DNA of 64,000 bases from a virus (Duplodnaviria > Caudoviricetes). Below are positions 28,523 through 37,939 of the stretch, one piece after another. Both the position numbers and the translations under genes were made by a program. The notes beneath the pieces were generated by a model. It saw nothing but the letters and a program-made list of their open reading frames with translations, made no database searches and was not told the DNA's origin. The DNA is taken from IMG/VR virus record IMGVR_UViG_3300037991_007827, positions 1 to 64,000 of that record. One strand, given 5' to 3'. Position 1 is the stretch's first letter. Every line of letters begins with the position of its first letter.

Positions 28523-28714
28523 TTAAGGTTTTTTAGCTCTTTCTTTTAAATATTCTGGCCAAAAAAACATAAATGCTTCGTCATCTTCATTTTTTAATGC
28601 AATCTCCAATTCTTTTTGGTAAATTTTTGCCCAATCTTTTTTTTCGGATTGCTTTTTTTTGCTTGCGCAACTACTGCACAATATTAAAATTAATAGCAAT
28701 AAAATTCCTCTCAC
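28523..28714 (-). CDS. putative lipoprotein
   Basis: LLILILCSS-C; GTGTA motif 14 nt upstream. Confidence 0.6.
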   Translation of the reverse strand: MRGILLLLILILCSSCASKKKQSEKKDWAKIYQKELEIALKNEDDEAFMFFWPEYLKERAKKP

Positions 28715-28901
28715 ATAGAGAGATACACTTTATTTCTTAAATTTATTGTCAATCCAGACTTTATAGGTATACAATCCCATTAAAATAATGGTAAATGCAA
28801 TACCATCCGACCAGCTTAAATCCCAAAGCTCTTTTAGTCCGTCCATTTGTATTTTTCCCAAACACAAAAAGTATATAGTATACTTAATAATATTATTGTA
28901 G

Positions 28902-29408
28902 TCATTTTATGATGCTTTCTTTTATAATTTTATGTGCAAAATCTTTATCATGCCAGTCAAATACTTTTACTCGATCACCACTCATGGATAAATCTTTATA
29001 ATGTGCAAAGAAATTTTTTGAAATTTCTAAAAAAGAATCCTCTATATCCTTTAAATTAAAATATTTACGAGTATAAAAATTAGGAACAGCAATAATCTTA
29101 TAATCTTTTGCGCCCTCATCTTCCATATCAAGAACCCCTAGAACTTTAGCTTCCACAACTGTAGCCCGCTTTATTGGTTCAGGGCTAATAACCATAATAT
29201 CTAAAGGATCTCCATCGTCACACAAAGTGTTTGGAACAAAACCGTAACTTGCGGGATAAACCATAGCAGAATTGAGGCATCGATCATACATGAATACCCC
29301 CAAATCTCCGTCATATTCGTATTTGTTTTTTGAACCCTCTTCAATCTCAATGACTGCGTTAACGATACGAGGGCTTTTTTCATGTGTTGGTAGATTATAT
29401 AAATTCAT
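28902..29408 (-). CDS. ppa: inorganic pyrophosphatase (family I)
   Basis: EIEEGSKNKYE, YGFVPNTLCDDGDPLD, MEDEGAKDYK, FFAHYK. Confidence 0.95.
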   Translation of the reverse strand: MNLYNLPTHEKSPRIVNAVIEIEEGSKNKYEYDGDLGVFMYDRCLNSAMVYPASYGFVPNTLCDDGDPLDIMVISPEPIKRATVVEAKVLGVLDMEDEGAKDYKIIAVPNFYTRKYFNLKDIEDSFLEISKNFFAHYKDLSMSGDRVKVFDWHDKDFAHKIIKESIIK

Positions 29409-29806
29409 TTAATGCCAGTTAGTTCTGAAGATGATCGAATTTTATTCCCTAGACCATCAACGACTTTCGTGCCATTATCTTTGCATATTTTAAATTCTGG
29501 AATTTCTGAATTACTTCTATCTCCGCCGTTAGCAAAAATATCAGGCTTTATTAAGTCAAGTGTTTTGCAGACAGTTTTGTCTTCATCAATTGACATTATT
29601 GCTTCATCCACTCCTTTGATTTGCGAAACTATTTCAAGACGATCATCCTCACACATAAAAGATTTACCTTTTTTAAGTGCAGCTTGTTTATCATTATTAA
29701 CAATAACAATTAAATAATCGCCAAGTTCGCGCGCTAATCTTATATATTCTAAATGCCCAATATGAATTGGATCAAAATAACCACTAATTGCTACTTTTTC
29801 CATCAT
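29405..29806 (-). CDS. cytidylyltransferase-like nucleotidyltransferase
   Basis: SGYFDPIHIGH, FANGGDR, KIRSSS. Confidence 0.85.
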   Translation of the reverse strand: MMEKVAISGYFDPIHIGHLEYIRLARELGDYLIVIVNNDKQAALKKGKSFMCEDDRLEIVSQIKGVDEAIMSIDEDKTVCKTLDLIKPDIFANGGDRSNSEIPEFKICKDNGTKVVDGLGNKIRSSSELTGIK

Positions 29807-30194
29807 TAAAATCCCATTGAGGTTTCCATAAGTTTATCGTCTTACCTTCTTTTTCGCGATCATAGTCATCTTCTATGCGTACAATATCATCTTCTCCAAA
29901 ATATGTACCTGTTTGAACTTCTATTAAAATCATATCAACAGGCTCTTCATTTGCCATTCTGTGTTTGGCGCCAAGAGGAATTAAAACAGTTTCTCCTGCA
30001 TGATAATGCTTGGTTTGTCCATTAATTGTAATAGTGGCTATACCTGACACAACTGTCCACGCTTCCTGTCTCTTATGATGGTATTGATAGCTTAATCTTT
30101 GCCCAGGCTTTACAAATATACGTTTAACTTTACAATATCCTTCGTCTAGGAGTATTTCATAATGACCCCAAGGTCTGACTGATTCATCTTCCAT
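29784..30194 (-). CDS. cupin, mannose-6-phosphate isomerase type II C-terminal-like
   Basis: RPWG.Y, PGQRLSYQYHHKRQE.W, HR..N, EVQTGTYFGEDDIVRIEDDY. Confidence 0.88.
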   Translation of the reverse strand: MEDESVRPWGHYEILLDEGYCKVKRIFVKPGQRLSYQYHHKRQEAWTVVSGIATITINGQTKHYHAGETVLIPLGAKHRMANEEPVDMILIEVQTGTYFGEDDIVRIEDDYDREKEGKTINLWKPQWDFNDGKSSN

Positions 30195-30195
30195 T

Positions 30196-30561
30196 TTAAT
30201 TATTAGATTTTATTTGATAAATTATATGAGCTAAAGTTAATGCATCATCAATATTTACAGCTTTATATATTTCCATATCTATTATATATTCACAATCCAT
30301 AGAATCTAAAGCAAAAATTTCATCTTTTTTTTCATCAAATAAACAAACATCAATTTCTTCATTAATGTGAGTAATATAAATTTTATTATTAGTAAGTTCT
30401 TTTTCAGGCAAATTCCTTAAAGACATAAATAAAGCATGAAATTCAATATCTTGATCCATGATATCAGATCGAAGCATATTTTTTGGCTTTAAAAAATTCT
30501 TATATATTAAATTAAAAACTTCTTTGTAAGAAATTTCTTTTAATAATTCCCTTAAAGTCAT
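30196..30561 (-). CDS. hypothetical protein
   Basis: ORF track. Confidence 0.6.
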   Translation of the reverse strand: MTLRELLKEISYKEVFNLIYKNFLKPKNMLRSDIMDQDIEFHALFMSLRNLPEKELTNNKIYITHINEEIDVCLFDEKKDEIFALDSMDCEYIIDMEIYKAVNIDDALTLAHIIYQIKSNN

Positions 30562-30788
30562 AGTGGACCTCTATATATAGGACGATCTGTACGACTAGAC
30601 TTCTGCATCTCAAAGTATGAGATATAACGAATCTGATGGTTGATTAATTCTTGCTGTTTGGCGATAGCTTCGTCTTGAATAATGATTGTTTCTCGCGCAT
30701 ATTCGAGCTTTTGATGTTGATTATAAGCAGTTATAGCTAATAAAGCTATACCAATTAACATTGCAACTTCACCAAATGAGAACTTCAC
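30558..30788 (-). CDS. TM plus coiled-coil protein
   Basis: N-terminal TM; GTGTA motif 14 nt upstream. Confidence 0.6.
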   Translation of the reverse strand: MKFSFGEVAMLIGIALLAITAYNQHQKLEYARETIIIQDEAIAKQQELINHQIRYISYFEMQKSSRTDRPIYRGPL

Positions 30789-30971
30789 ATAAATATGTAC
30801 ACTATTTTTTGTATTTTGGGTCTAATGTATATAAACCACAAAACATTGAGCAAACAAAAGGGAACAAAGAAAACCAAGAACCAGAAACAGCAAGCTTAAC
30901 TGAAATGCAAAGATTTAAAACACAGCAAAATAATAATATTCTACCATCATTATTTAATTTGCGCCAAGGTC

Positions 30972-32141
30972 TCATTTTTGAGTAATTGGATTTAATTCGC
31001 CTCTTGATACAAGAATAGACCGCAAGCCCCTAACGGAATTAATTGGAACATTCAATTCTTTCGCAATATCTCTTCTGCGCTGTCCCCGCCTTAATCTTTT
31101 GATAATATCTTTTTTTTGAGCAGGCAATAATTTATCTGCCCTTAATAATGTATGCAAATTGCGACGTGTTAAACACGACAATAATTGGCGGAATTTAAAT
31201 TTATCATTAAATAAAACACTATTAATTTCTTTTACATCATATTTTTTCGGGTTTTTCTGAACAAAATCAATTAATTTTAACTTGTCTTCTTTTGTAAAGG
31301 TATCATCTTTAACTGCAAAGACTTTTTTTATTGAATTCATTCCCTTGGAAATTTTTGAACCATCTTCGCACAAAACATCTTGAACATTAAAGCGGGATTG
31401 AGCTTTTTGTCTGATGATTTTTACTCTTTGCTGAATGGCTTGGTGTGTGACTCCCATTCTTTCTCCAATTTGATCTTGCGTTAATCCCTGAGAGAGATAG
31501 GTCATGATTTCTGTTTCTTTGTCATCAAAAAGATCAGAATATTTCTGCAATACATGAACAAAATTATTGATACCATTATTTTTATCGAAAGAATGAAATT
31601 TTGCAGGATCATTCTCAACATTAACATCTTTTGATTCAACGGCTAAATCATAAGAAGTTTTAAAACCATCTTCATCATCATAATAAACATAATCTTCGCG
31701 TTTTCTAACATAACAACTATTCATCATGTATGAATGAGTCCATGAAATTAAATTCCTAGAATAAACAAATGCGCTTCTTTTGAAATTTTGCTGATGAAAG
31801 CCATCATTTTTAATCATGTATTCGATAAGACCTGTTCTCTTCTTTAATAAAGAGATATTTATTTCACTAATCACTTCTTCGCTCGAAAGTTTGTGGTAGC
31901 TTTTTCTATACTTGCCTACGATTTTTATAATATCCGTTTGAAAATCTTGAAGCCATAAATTAAATTGATTAATTTGTTCTTCAGTTGGCTCGAATTGTGG
32001 TCGCTCTTTTCCACCATGAAGTTTTTTATAATTCTCTCGCCTGATGGCTTCAGACATTTTTTCTTCTTTTGTTTTAGGTTGCCCTAAAACAGTGAAATGC
32101 TCGTATCGAGTGGGATCAATTACTTTATTTTGTACTCTCAT
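30972..32141 (-). CDS. sigma-factor-like multi-HTH protein
   Basis: EIMTYLSQGLTQDQIGERMGVTHQAIQQR (region 4-like); second HTH RRDIAKELNVPINSV. Confidence 0.65.
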   Translation of the reverse strand: MRVQNKVIDPTRYEHFTVLGQPKTKEEKMSEAIRRENYKKLHGGKERPQFEPTEEQINQFNLWLQDFQTDIIKIVGKYRKSYHKLSSEEVISEINISLLKKRTGLIEYMIKNDGFHQQNFKRSAFVYSRNLISWTHSYMMNSCYVRKREDYVYYDDEDGFKTSYDLAVESKDVNVENDPAKFHSFDKNNGINNFVHVLQKYSDLFDDKETEIMTYLSQGLTQDQIGERMGVTHQAIQQRVKIIRQKAQSRFNVQDVLCEDGSKISKGMNSIKKVFAVKDDTFTKEDKLKLIDFVQKNPKKYDVKEINSVLFNDKFKFRQLLSCLTRRNLHTLLRADKLLPAQKKDIIKRLRRGQRRRDIAKELNVPINSVRGLRSILVSRGELNPITQK

Positions 32142-33169
32142 TTTTTTCTGCTATACGGAAATTCTTCAGACCAATTTACATACTTTTTAGTATTTTTAAG
32201 CCAATTTTTGAATGTTGACAAAGGAATACCCATTTGTTTTGCGACTTCAGTACGACTGTTGCCATATTTAATAAATCCTTCTCGTATTTTGGGAATTAAA
32301 CTCACACGATAATCTTCCGATTTCTTTTTAAGAGTTGAAACTCTATTTTTTGTAGCCAAAGCTTTCATATCATCATCAAAATCAAAAGGTTTAAAGCCAT
32401 TTTTCATCATTTCACCCATGACTTCTTTTTGCTTTGCTGATCTTTGCTCTTTTGATACTCTAGGGATAGCTGGTTTTGGCGCTGGATAATATTCAGTCCA
32501 CCAATCCAAAGTATTGACTGTTTTCATGAGCTTATAAAGCTTGTGTCTGCTGATTCCCAAATCTTTTGCAACATGACAACGATTATTGTTGTTTTTAATA
32601 AATGATGATATTAATTGACCTTTAATTTTTTTCAATTCTATATCATCGATTTTTACCCATTTATCACCTACCCATTTCTTGCCCTGTCTTTGATCTAATG
32701 GCAAGTGGGTTCCCTTGCGATGTTTTTTAGACCAATTATCAGCGCCTTTTTTAAACCCAATGGTTTTTAAGTGTTCGTGATTTGTTTTATTGAAGCGATT
32801 AGAATAACCTTCGGGTCTTGGCGTCTCTTGTTTAAATAAGAAATTATTAACATTAGGAAAAGATGCATCATGAACCATCAACCAGCCTTCAGTGTCAAGT
32901 TTTGAGCATATTTTGGTATTCTGATAATCTTTATGTAATAAAAACCCTTGAATAGCTTTTAATTTTACAGAACTATCATCTTCTTTTGTTTTCTCTGATA
33001 AAATATCCTTCGCCGAAGCAAAAGACCGAGCTTTAATAAAAGTAAAGAAATCTTTCTCTGAAGAGTCTGAATAACGTTCTGTGAAATATATTATCCAAGG
33101 CTGAACAGTGGAGAATACCTTTTTACGGGCTTTGAATTGAGTGTTTTTCTTTTTTCTTCCAGCTTTCAT
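32138..33169 (-). CDS. protein with two Fis-like HTH motifs
   Basis: NNRCHVAKDLGISRHKLYK and NSRTEVAKQMGIPLSTFKNW. Confidence 0.65.
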   Translation of the reverse strand: MKAGRKKKNTQFKARKKVFSTVQPWIIYFTERYSDSSEKDFFTFIKARSFASAKDILSEKTKEDDSSVKLKAIQGFLLHKDYQNTKICSKLDTEGWLMVHDASFPNVNNFLFKQETPRPEGYSNRFNKTNHEHLKTIGFKKGADNWSKKHRKGTHLPLDQRQGKKWVGDKWVKIDDIELKKIKGQLISSFIKNNNNRCHVAKDLGISRHKLYKLMKTVNTLDWWTEYYPAPKPAIPRVSKEQRSAKQKEVMGEMMKNGFKPFDFDDDMKALATKNRVSTLKKKSEDYRVSLIPKIREGFIKYGNSRTEVAKQMGIPLSTFKNWLKNTKKYVNWSEEFPYSRKK

Positions 33170-33205
33170 GGTATACAGTATACCATAAAATAATTAAAAG
33201 TCAAG

Positions 33206-33370
33206 CTATTTCCACTTACAGTAATTCGGATTTTCCGCTCTTTTTCGGCGCATATATTCTCTTTTTTGTTCGCGCCGCTTTTCCGCGTTTTCCTCGTCGT
33301 ATTTCTTTTGCGCCTTTTTTTGGGCGGCTTTACCTTTTTCTGATTGTATGTATTTTTTTTGTCTGCTCAT
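33206..33370 (-). CDS. 54-aa highly basic protein
   Basis: MSRQKKYIQSEKGKAAQKKAQKKYDEENAEKRREQKREYMRRKR...; manual translation. Confidence 0.6.
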   Translation of the reverse strand: MSRQKKYIQSEKGKAAQKKAQKKYDEENAEKRREQKREYMRRKRAENPNYCKWK

Positions 33371-33402
33371 GTATATAGTCCACTATAAGCCAAATTCTGT
33401 TT

Positions 33403-33543
33403 TTATTTTTTTTTGCGCTTCCAGTTTATTGAATCATAATTATCCTTAAATTTTTTAGAAAAATTATTTCTAGGGCTGTCACCTTTGCCGTTGCCTGACT
33501 TTTTAATGTTGCAAGCGCCAGATTTACAGGAAGTCTTCTTCAT
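33403..33543 (-). CDS. 46-aa small protein
   Basis: MKKTSC...GNGKGDSPRNNFSKKFKDNYDSINWKRKKK; manual translation. Confidence 0.55.
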   Translation of the reverse strand: MKKTSCKSGACNIKKSGNGKGDSPRNNFSKKFKDNYDSINWKRKKK

Positions 33544-33745
33544 CATCTACATCTTCAATTTCAGCTTCAAAACCACCACCTGAGTAAGTAAGTTCAATAA
33601 TTTTTTCTTGCAGTGCTCCCATTATAGTGAAAGCATTAATATCAAACTCAGAAAGATAACGATTGATTAAATTTTCTAGATCAAATCTAAAAGCATCAGT
33701 CTGCTCGTCGAAATCAGATGGGCTGTTGTTAAAATTTTCGTCCAT
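33524..33745 (-). CDS. acidic hypothetical protein
   Basis: ORF track. Confidence 0.6.
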   Translation of the reverse strand: MDENFNNSPSDFDEQTDAFRFDLENLINRYLSEFDINAFTIMGALQEKIIELTYSGGGFEAEIEDVDDEEDFL

Positions 33746-33775
33746 ATAATATAATAGTCGCTTAAATCATTTTTT

Positions 33776-33807
33776 AAACAAAAAAAGCCCCCTATTGCTA
33801 GGGGGCT
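33776..33807 (-). terminator. intrinsic terminator
   Basis: AGCCCCCTA-GCAA-TAGGGGGCT followed by a T-tract. Confidence 0.85.
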
Positions 33808-33830
33808 AGACATGAATAACAGTAAATAAA

Positions 33831-34067
33831 TTACTTTCCTTTGGATTGACCAAGAAGACCAACCAAAAGTAGAAGAGTAATTACTCCAGCAAGGCTAGCG
33901 CCTTTACCAACAAAACCATTCACGATGTCTTGAAGGTTACCGATAACATCAATCGATGCGGAGCTTCCGAATACTACTTGTGAGATCACAAGAAGACCGA
34001 TTATAGACAATAATACGCCAGTGATTCCAGCAGCATATTCTTTTATAGTATCTAATGTATTTTTCAT
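33831..34067 (-). CDS. small two-TM membrane protein
   Basis: Two hydrophobic segments. Confidence 0.7.
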   Translation of the reverse strand: MKNTLDTIKEYAAGITGVLLSIIGLLVISQVVFGSSASIDVIGNLQDIVNGFVGKGASLAGVITLLLLVGLLGQSKGK

Positions 34068-34093
34068 AATATATATTAGTATAGGGGGGTTAA

Positions 34094-34744
34094 TTAGAAA
34101 TTAGTTGATACAGAAAGGCCAAATACCCATTCTGAGTCAATGAGATCAGAGTCAACGCGATCTGCGGAAATTGCAACAGAAGCATTTTCAGCCAAATCAC
34201 GAGAGACTTTAGCACCGATAACATAATAATCAGTATCAAGCGCTTCAGTCAAATCAGTATTTCCAGCAGAAGCATGAACGCAAAGGTCAGCAACTTCAAG
34301 CTCAAACTGATGATTGACACTAACTTCAAATGTATATAAATCATCGTCAAAAGAACGATATACATTCACAGAAGGAGAAAGCAAGGTGTCAAAACCAAGA
34401 CCAATCTTGGCTTCAAACAAAGCTTCTCCAGCGACATCTTCAAAATGATTAAGTCCACCATAAACGGACAATAAATCATTAAGAGACTTACCTGCACCGA
34501 GCGTTAATTGATACGAATCAGCACCGTTTCCGACAGCTTGATTTGCAAAAGCTCCTGCAGACACATTCAGTCCTCCGAGTTCCGTTTCTGCACCAAATGA
34601 TGCTTGGACGGCTTCTTCAGACTTTAAAGCTCCACGATAAAAATAATCGGAAGCATATCCCAGCCCAGCATTGTAGCTCTGAGCCGAAGCGACGTTAATA
34701 ATAAACCCTAGAAGGGCTGTAACAACTATCTTTGTACTATTCAT
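34094..34744 (-). CDS. outer-membrane beta-barrel protein (TIGR02001/Gcw_chp-like)
   Basis: Signal peptide ending ASA, ASDYFYRG motif, amphipathic strands, C-terminal Phe. Confidence 0.7.
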   Translation of the reverse strand: MNSTKIVVTALLGFIINVASAQSYNAGLGYASDYFYRGALKSEEAVQASFGAETELGGLNVSAGAFANQAVGNGADSYQLTLGAGKSLNDLLSVYGGLNHFEDVAGEALFEAKIGLGFDTLLSPSVNVYRSFDDDLYTFEVSVNHQFELEVADLCVHASAGNTDLTEALDTDYYVIGAKVSRDLAENASVAISADRVDSDLIDSEWVFGLSVSTNF

Positions 34745-34767
34745 AATAGGTAGGATTAATAAAAATT

Positions 34768-34823
34768 ATAGTGAATGATTAGGAGAAATCATACTTAAAT
34801 GATTGAATGCTAGAATCCACTAT
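34768..34823 (-). ncRNA. orphan copy of the structured hairpin unit
   Basis: Near-identical to 26810-26865 except one loop arm and one G-U stem change. Confidence 0.75.
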
Positions 34824-34831
34824 TTTAAAAT

Positions 34832-35563
34832 TCATTTTATTCTAATTTCTTTCCAATTAACTAATTTAGCTTTAACGAGATCTCGAATATGTCTTTGTTT
34901 TTGATTTAATTGACTCTTGCCGCTTTTAACTTCGATGAATGTGATTTCGTCGTCGCCGAATGAAATGTAATCTATGGGTTTTCCGAGGAAGCTACAGTTT
35001 TCTGGTTCGAATTCGAATTGATCCAAAAAGGGAGCTAGAGTTTCTGCAATGTGACCCAATCTAACTTCGCTACTTTTCTTCTGCGAGACTACTTTTTTGC
35101 GGGCTTCAGTTTCTTGATCTAATTTTGTTTGTAATTCTGCGAGTTTATCAGTTAAATGTTTTTCGCGGGTGTCTAATTCTAATTTTCTTTGCGATAAAAA
35201 TTTTTGTTCTTTTTCAAAAGTTATTCTTAAATTATTAAAAGTTTCTTCTCTTGATTTAAACTCGTTTTCTTTTTGCGTTAATTGATTTTTTAGAATGTGG
35301 TTTTCGTTATTTAAAGATTGGGTCGAGACTAATTGATTTCTTAATTGTTCGTTTTGTTGACTTAAGGAATGCGCGTATTGTGCGTGGTTTCTTAGTTGTT
35401 CGTTTTGTTTGCTTAAAGCATCTGCGTATTGTGCTTGACCTTTTAAATATTGATTTTCTTTTTCTAAAGAATCGGCGTTATTGTTTTTTTGTTTTAAACG
35501 ATAAATTATGTAACTTAAGTATAGTATACACCCTAATAGGGTAAATTCTAGTAAAAAATTCAA
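34832..35563 (-). CDS. Holliday-junction-resolvase-like PD-(D/E)xK endonuclease with TM and coiled coil
   Basis: G.IAE.LAPFL, FLGKPIDYISF, FIEVKSGKSQL...Q..IRD. Confidence 0.75.
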   Translation of the reverse strand: MNFLLEFTLLGCILYLSYIIYRLKQKNNNADSLEKENQYLKGQAQYADALSKQNEQLRNHAQYAHSLSQQNEQLRNQLVSTQSLNNENHILKNQLTQKENEFKSREETFNNLRITFEKEQKFLSQRKLELDTREKHLTDKLAELQTKLDQETEARKKVVSQKKSSEVRLGHIAETLAPFLDQFEFEPENCSFLGKPIDYISFGDDEITFIEVKSGKSQLNQKQRHIRDLVKAKLVNWKEIRIK

Positions 35564-35577
35564 AATGATTTTGTAGA

Positions 35578-37497
35578 TTAAATACAGCCCGAATTAAAAA
35601 AGAAGTTTCCTGAACCTCCTAAGTATCCAGAGTTATAAGATTCATAACTAATAGTACCAAAATCACCACTGACTGAACCAGTCAAAGTTCCTGTATAAAA
35701 ATCGTAATATCCGCCATCTAATCCAGTTTTTGAAGCAACATATCCAAGCCCTGTATAAGAAAAGTTCCCTGTCTGACCGCTGTTATGAAATGCAATAGGA
35801 TGATCGCTAGGTATGTTTATAAAAGTATAAACACCAGTATTGACACCAAAAGGAGATTGACCGCTGGAACTAAAAAGATCAAGGCGTGAACCTGGCCAAG
35901 TCGTAACATTGCCAAAAACATAAAGGCCGCTAATTACTTGAACTGTAGTAGGTAAATCCTCAAAGTTTCTATTCAAGCAAACAGGGGCAGGGGTAGTAGT
36001 AGGAGCAATTGTAGTAGTTGTAGTAATGGGGCTATCAGGACTTCCAGTGTCAGGATACGTACCACTTTGCCAAGGATTAAGACCAGTAAAGCCAGGAGCT
36101 GGCGTGGTAGTTGATACTCCATCTGAAATAGAAAAATCAACATAATAAGACATTCGGATGTTTTCATCAACACTTTGATGTTCAAAACATGAATCCTGCA
36201 TAGAATCAAACGAAATATCTAGGTCATTAACATCATTAAATTTAGCAACTTGAGTGACAGTAGAATACACAGCATGAGATCCATGATCTTTTGGTCCAGC
36301 ACCTGCTGTATACGCAGAATAAGAAATTATTCCAGTAACCCTTCCCCCAGCACCAGAAGATAATCCAAGATTTGATACATAATTGTCAAAAGAAGTAGGG
36401 TCAGAAGGAACCGAGGAGAGCTGTTCATGCATCAAGCCACTAATTTGAGTGCGAGCTCCACTAATTGCTTCTTCTGTTGGCTCATGATATCCACTGTATT
36501 TATTATATACAACGTAACCCATAGAAAGGGTGCTTTGTACCATATATGTTCGTTCATCTGGTTGACGATAAGCAAAAGGACTATCTCCCCATGGAGGTGG
36601 AATCCCAACTCCGTAAGGAGTAGCGCGAGTGCCACCGACTAACACCTCAAATGTCCAACTTGTGGGGTTGATTAATTCTCTATAATTGCCAGCACTATCC
36701 GTGTAAGCAGACACTGGAGTATACCGATATTCCATGAGCTGTTGAAAAGTGTTATAATCTTCAGTTTCTATCCAGCGGTAAGTAAGCTTACCGCGATCTT
36801 TATTTGGAAGCGAAAAAGTCATGTTTGTCTGAGGGAGACCAGCATATTCTGCCTGAGAAAATAGCCCTCGACCAGAAGCTACCAGTGTAGTTGGCCCATC
36901 TACATAATCACCTTCGCCTGGGTTGCTCCCTGTTTTCCAAACCCAAGATCTTTCGTATACGAAATTCATATTCTGGCTTTCGGCGCCTGTAACAGGATCA
37001 CTCAAGAGTGATACACTATCAAAACTGCTCCTAGGATGATCTGGTATATTAGTGGTCCGCTCCCCACTTACTACAACTCCATGACTAAGATAAGGATTAG
37101 TTTCGTCTAGGCTAGAGATATCTGTTTCTAGAACAGAAATATTCCAATCAGGATTGTTCTCAAAAATACTAGATTTGCTAGAATTAGATGTCCATTTACC
37201 AATATCAATAGAGTTTAAAGGGCTAGGAACTGTAACATCACCACCAACAACAACCGTTGCTCCTTCAGCGCCGATACCATCACTCTCTGCAAGAAAAACA
37301 TCTTGCCTACTAGGATTTTTTTTAGTGGCTATCCTCACAGGAACTTGCAAGGAATCAAATGAGGGATAAGGTTGAAAATCAAGCTTTTTTAGCGCTATTC
37401 CATTAACTGTTATATAATTAGAAGCAGAATTGCAACTCGAAGGATTTGCTGATGATCTAAAACCAACATGCGAATCTGATTTGGAATAATCAACCAT
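35578..37497 (-). CDS. probable virion/structural protein
   Basis: 639 aa, S/T/G-rich, TTTTTIAPTTTPAP linker. Confidence 0.55.
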   Translation of the reverse strand: MVDYSKSDSHVGFRSSANPSSCNSASNYITVNGIALKKLDFQPYPSFDSLQVPVRIATKKNPSRQDVFLAESDGIGAEGATVVVGGDVTVPSPLNSIDIGKWTSNSSKSSIFENNPDWNISVLETDISSLDETNPYLSHGVVVSGERTTNIPDHPRSSFDSVSLLSDPVTGAESQNMNFVYERSWVWKTGSNPGEGDYVDGPTTLVASGRGLFSQAEYAGLPQTNMTFSLPNKDRGKLTYRWIETEDYNTFQQLMEYRYTPVSAYTDSAGNYRELINPTSWTFEVLVGGTRATPYGVGIPPPWGDSPFAYRQPDERTYMVQSTLSMGYVVYNKYSGYHEPTEEAISGARTQISGLMHEQLSSVPSDPTSFDNYVSNLGLSSGAGGRVTGIISYSAYTAGAGPKDHGSHAVYSTVTQVAKFNDVNDLDISFDSMQDSCFEHQSVDENIRMSYYVDFSISDGVSTTTPAPGFTGLNPWQSGTYPDTGSPDSPITTTTTIAPTTTPAPVCLNRNFEDLPTTVQVISGLYVFGNVTTWPGSRLDLFSSSGQSPFGVNTGVYTFINIPSDHPIAFHNSGQTGNFSYTGLGYVASKTGLDGGYYDFYTGTLTGSVSGDFGTISYESYNSGYLGGSGNFFFNSGCI

Positions 37498-37699
37498 TAT
37501 TATTCAAGTCTATACCATTGCTTTCGCAATACGCAACTGAGTATCCAGCTCTAAAACTAAATCTATCAATATACATAACAAAAGGTATAATAATATACAC
37601 TAATGGTTGAGAAAATTCTAGTAAAATAAATAGCACTGCAAAGATCGCAATGTAAGGGCAAAATTTATTAAGCATGTAATTAAGCATTTGTGTGTTCAT
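37490..37699 (-). CDS. small membrane protein
   Basis: Start moved to MNTQMLNY; hydrophobic core. Confidence 0.5.
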   Translation of the reverse strand: MNTQMLNYMLNKFCPYIAIFAVLFILLEFSQPLVYIIIPFVMYIDRFSFRAGYSVAYCESNGIDLNNNG

Positions 37700-37703
37700 G
37701 ATA

Positions 37704-37937
37704 TCATAGTTTTGTGATTGATACGATTCGATCATGCCGAAAAGAGCGCATGGATTGTCTGCCATAGCAAAAGGCTCGGAAGCCAACATTGTCACGATTC
37801 TCTTGTTTGTTGCCAAAAGAATTAAAAAGATCAGGCTTGTTTATAACATAGCTTTTAATTTTATTTTCTTCAGTTTTATATACAACCAAGTATTTTGGTG
37901 AGAATTTATTTAATAACCAACGATATATATTATTCAT
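37704..37937 (-). CDS. stand-alone WYL-like domain protein
   Basis: FRAFCYGRQSMRSFRHDRIVSI matches the WYL C-terminal R.F..DRI motif. Confidence 0.55.
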   Translation of the reverse strand: MNNIYRWLLNKFSPKYLVVYKTEENKIKSYVINKPDLFNSFGNKQENRDNVGFRAFCYGRQSMRSFRHDRIVSITKL

Positions 37938-37939
37938 AA

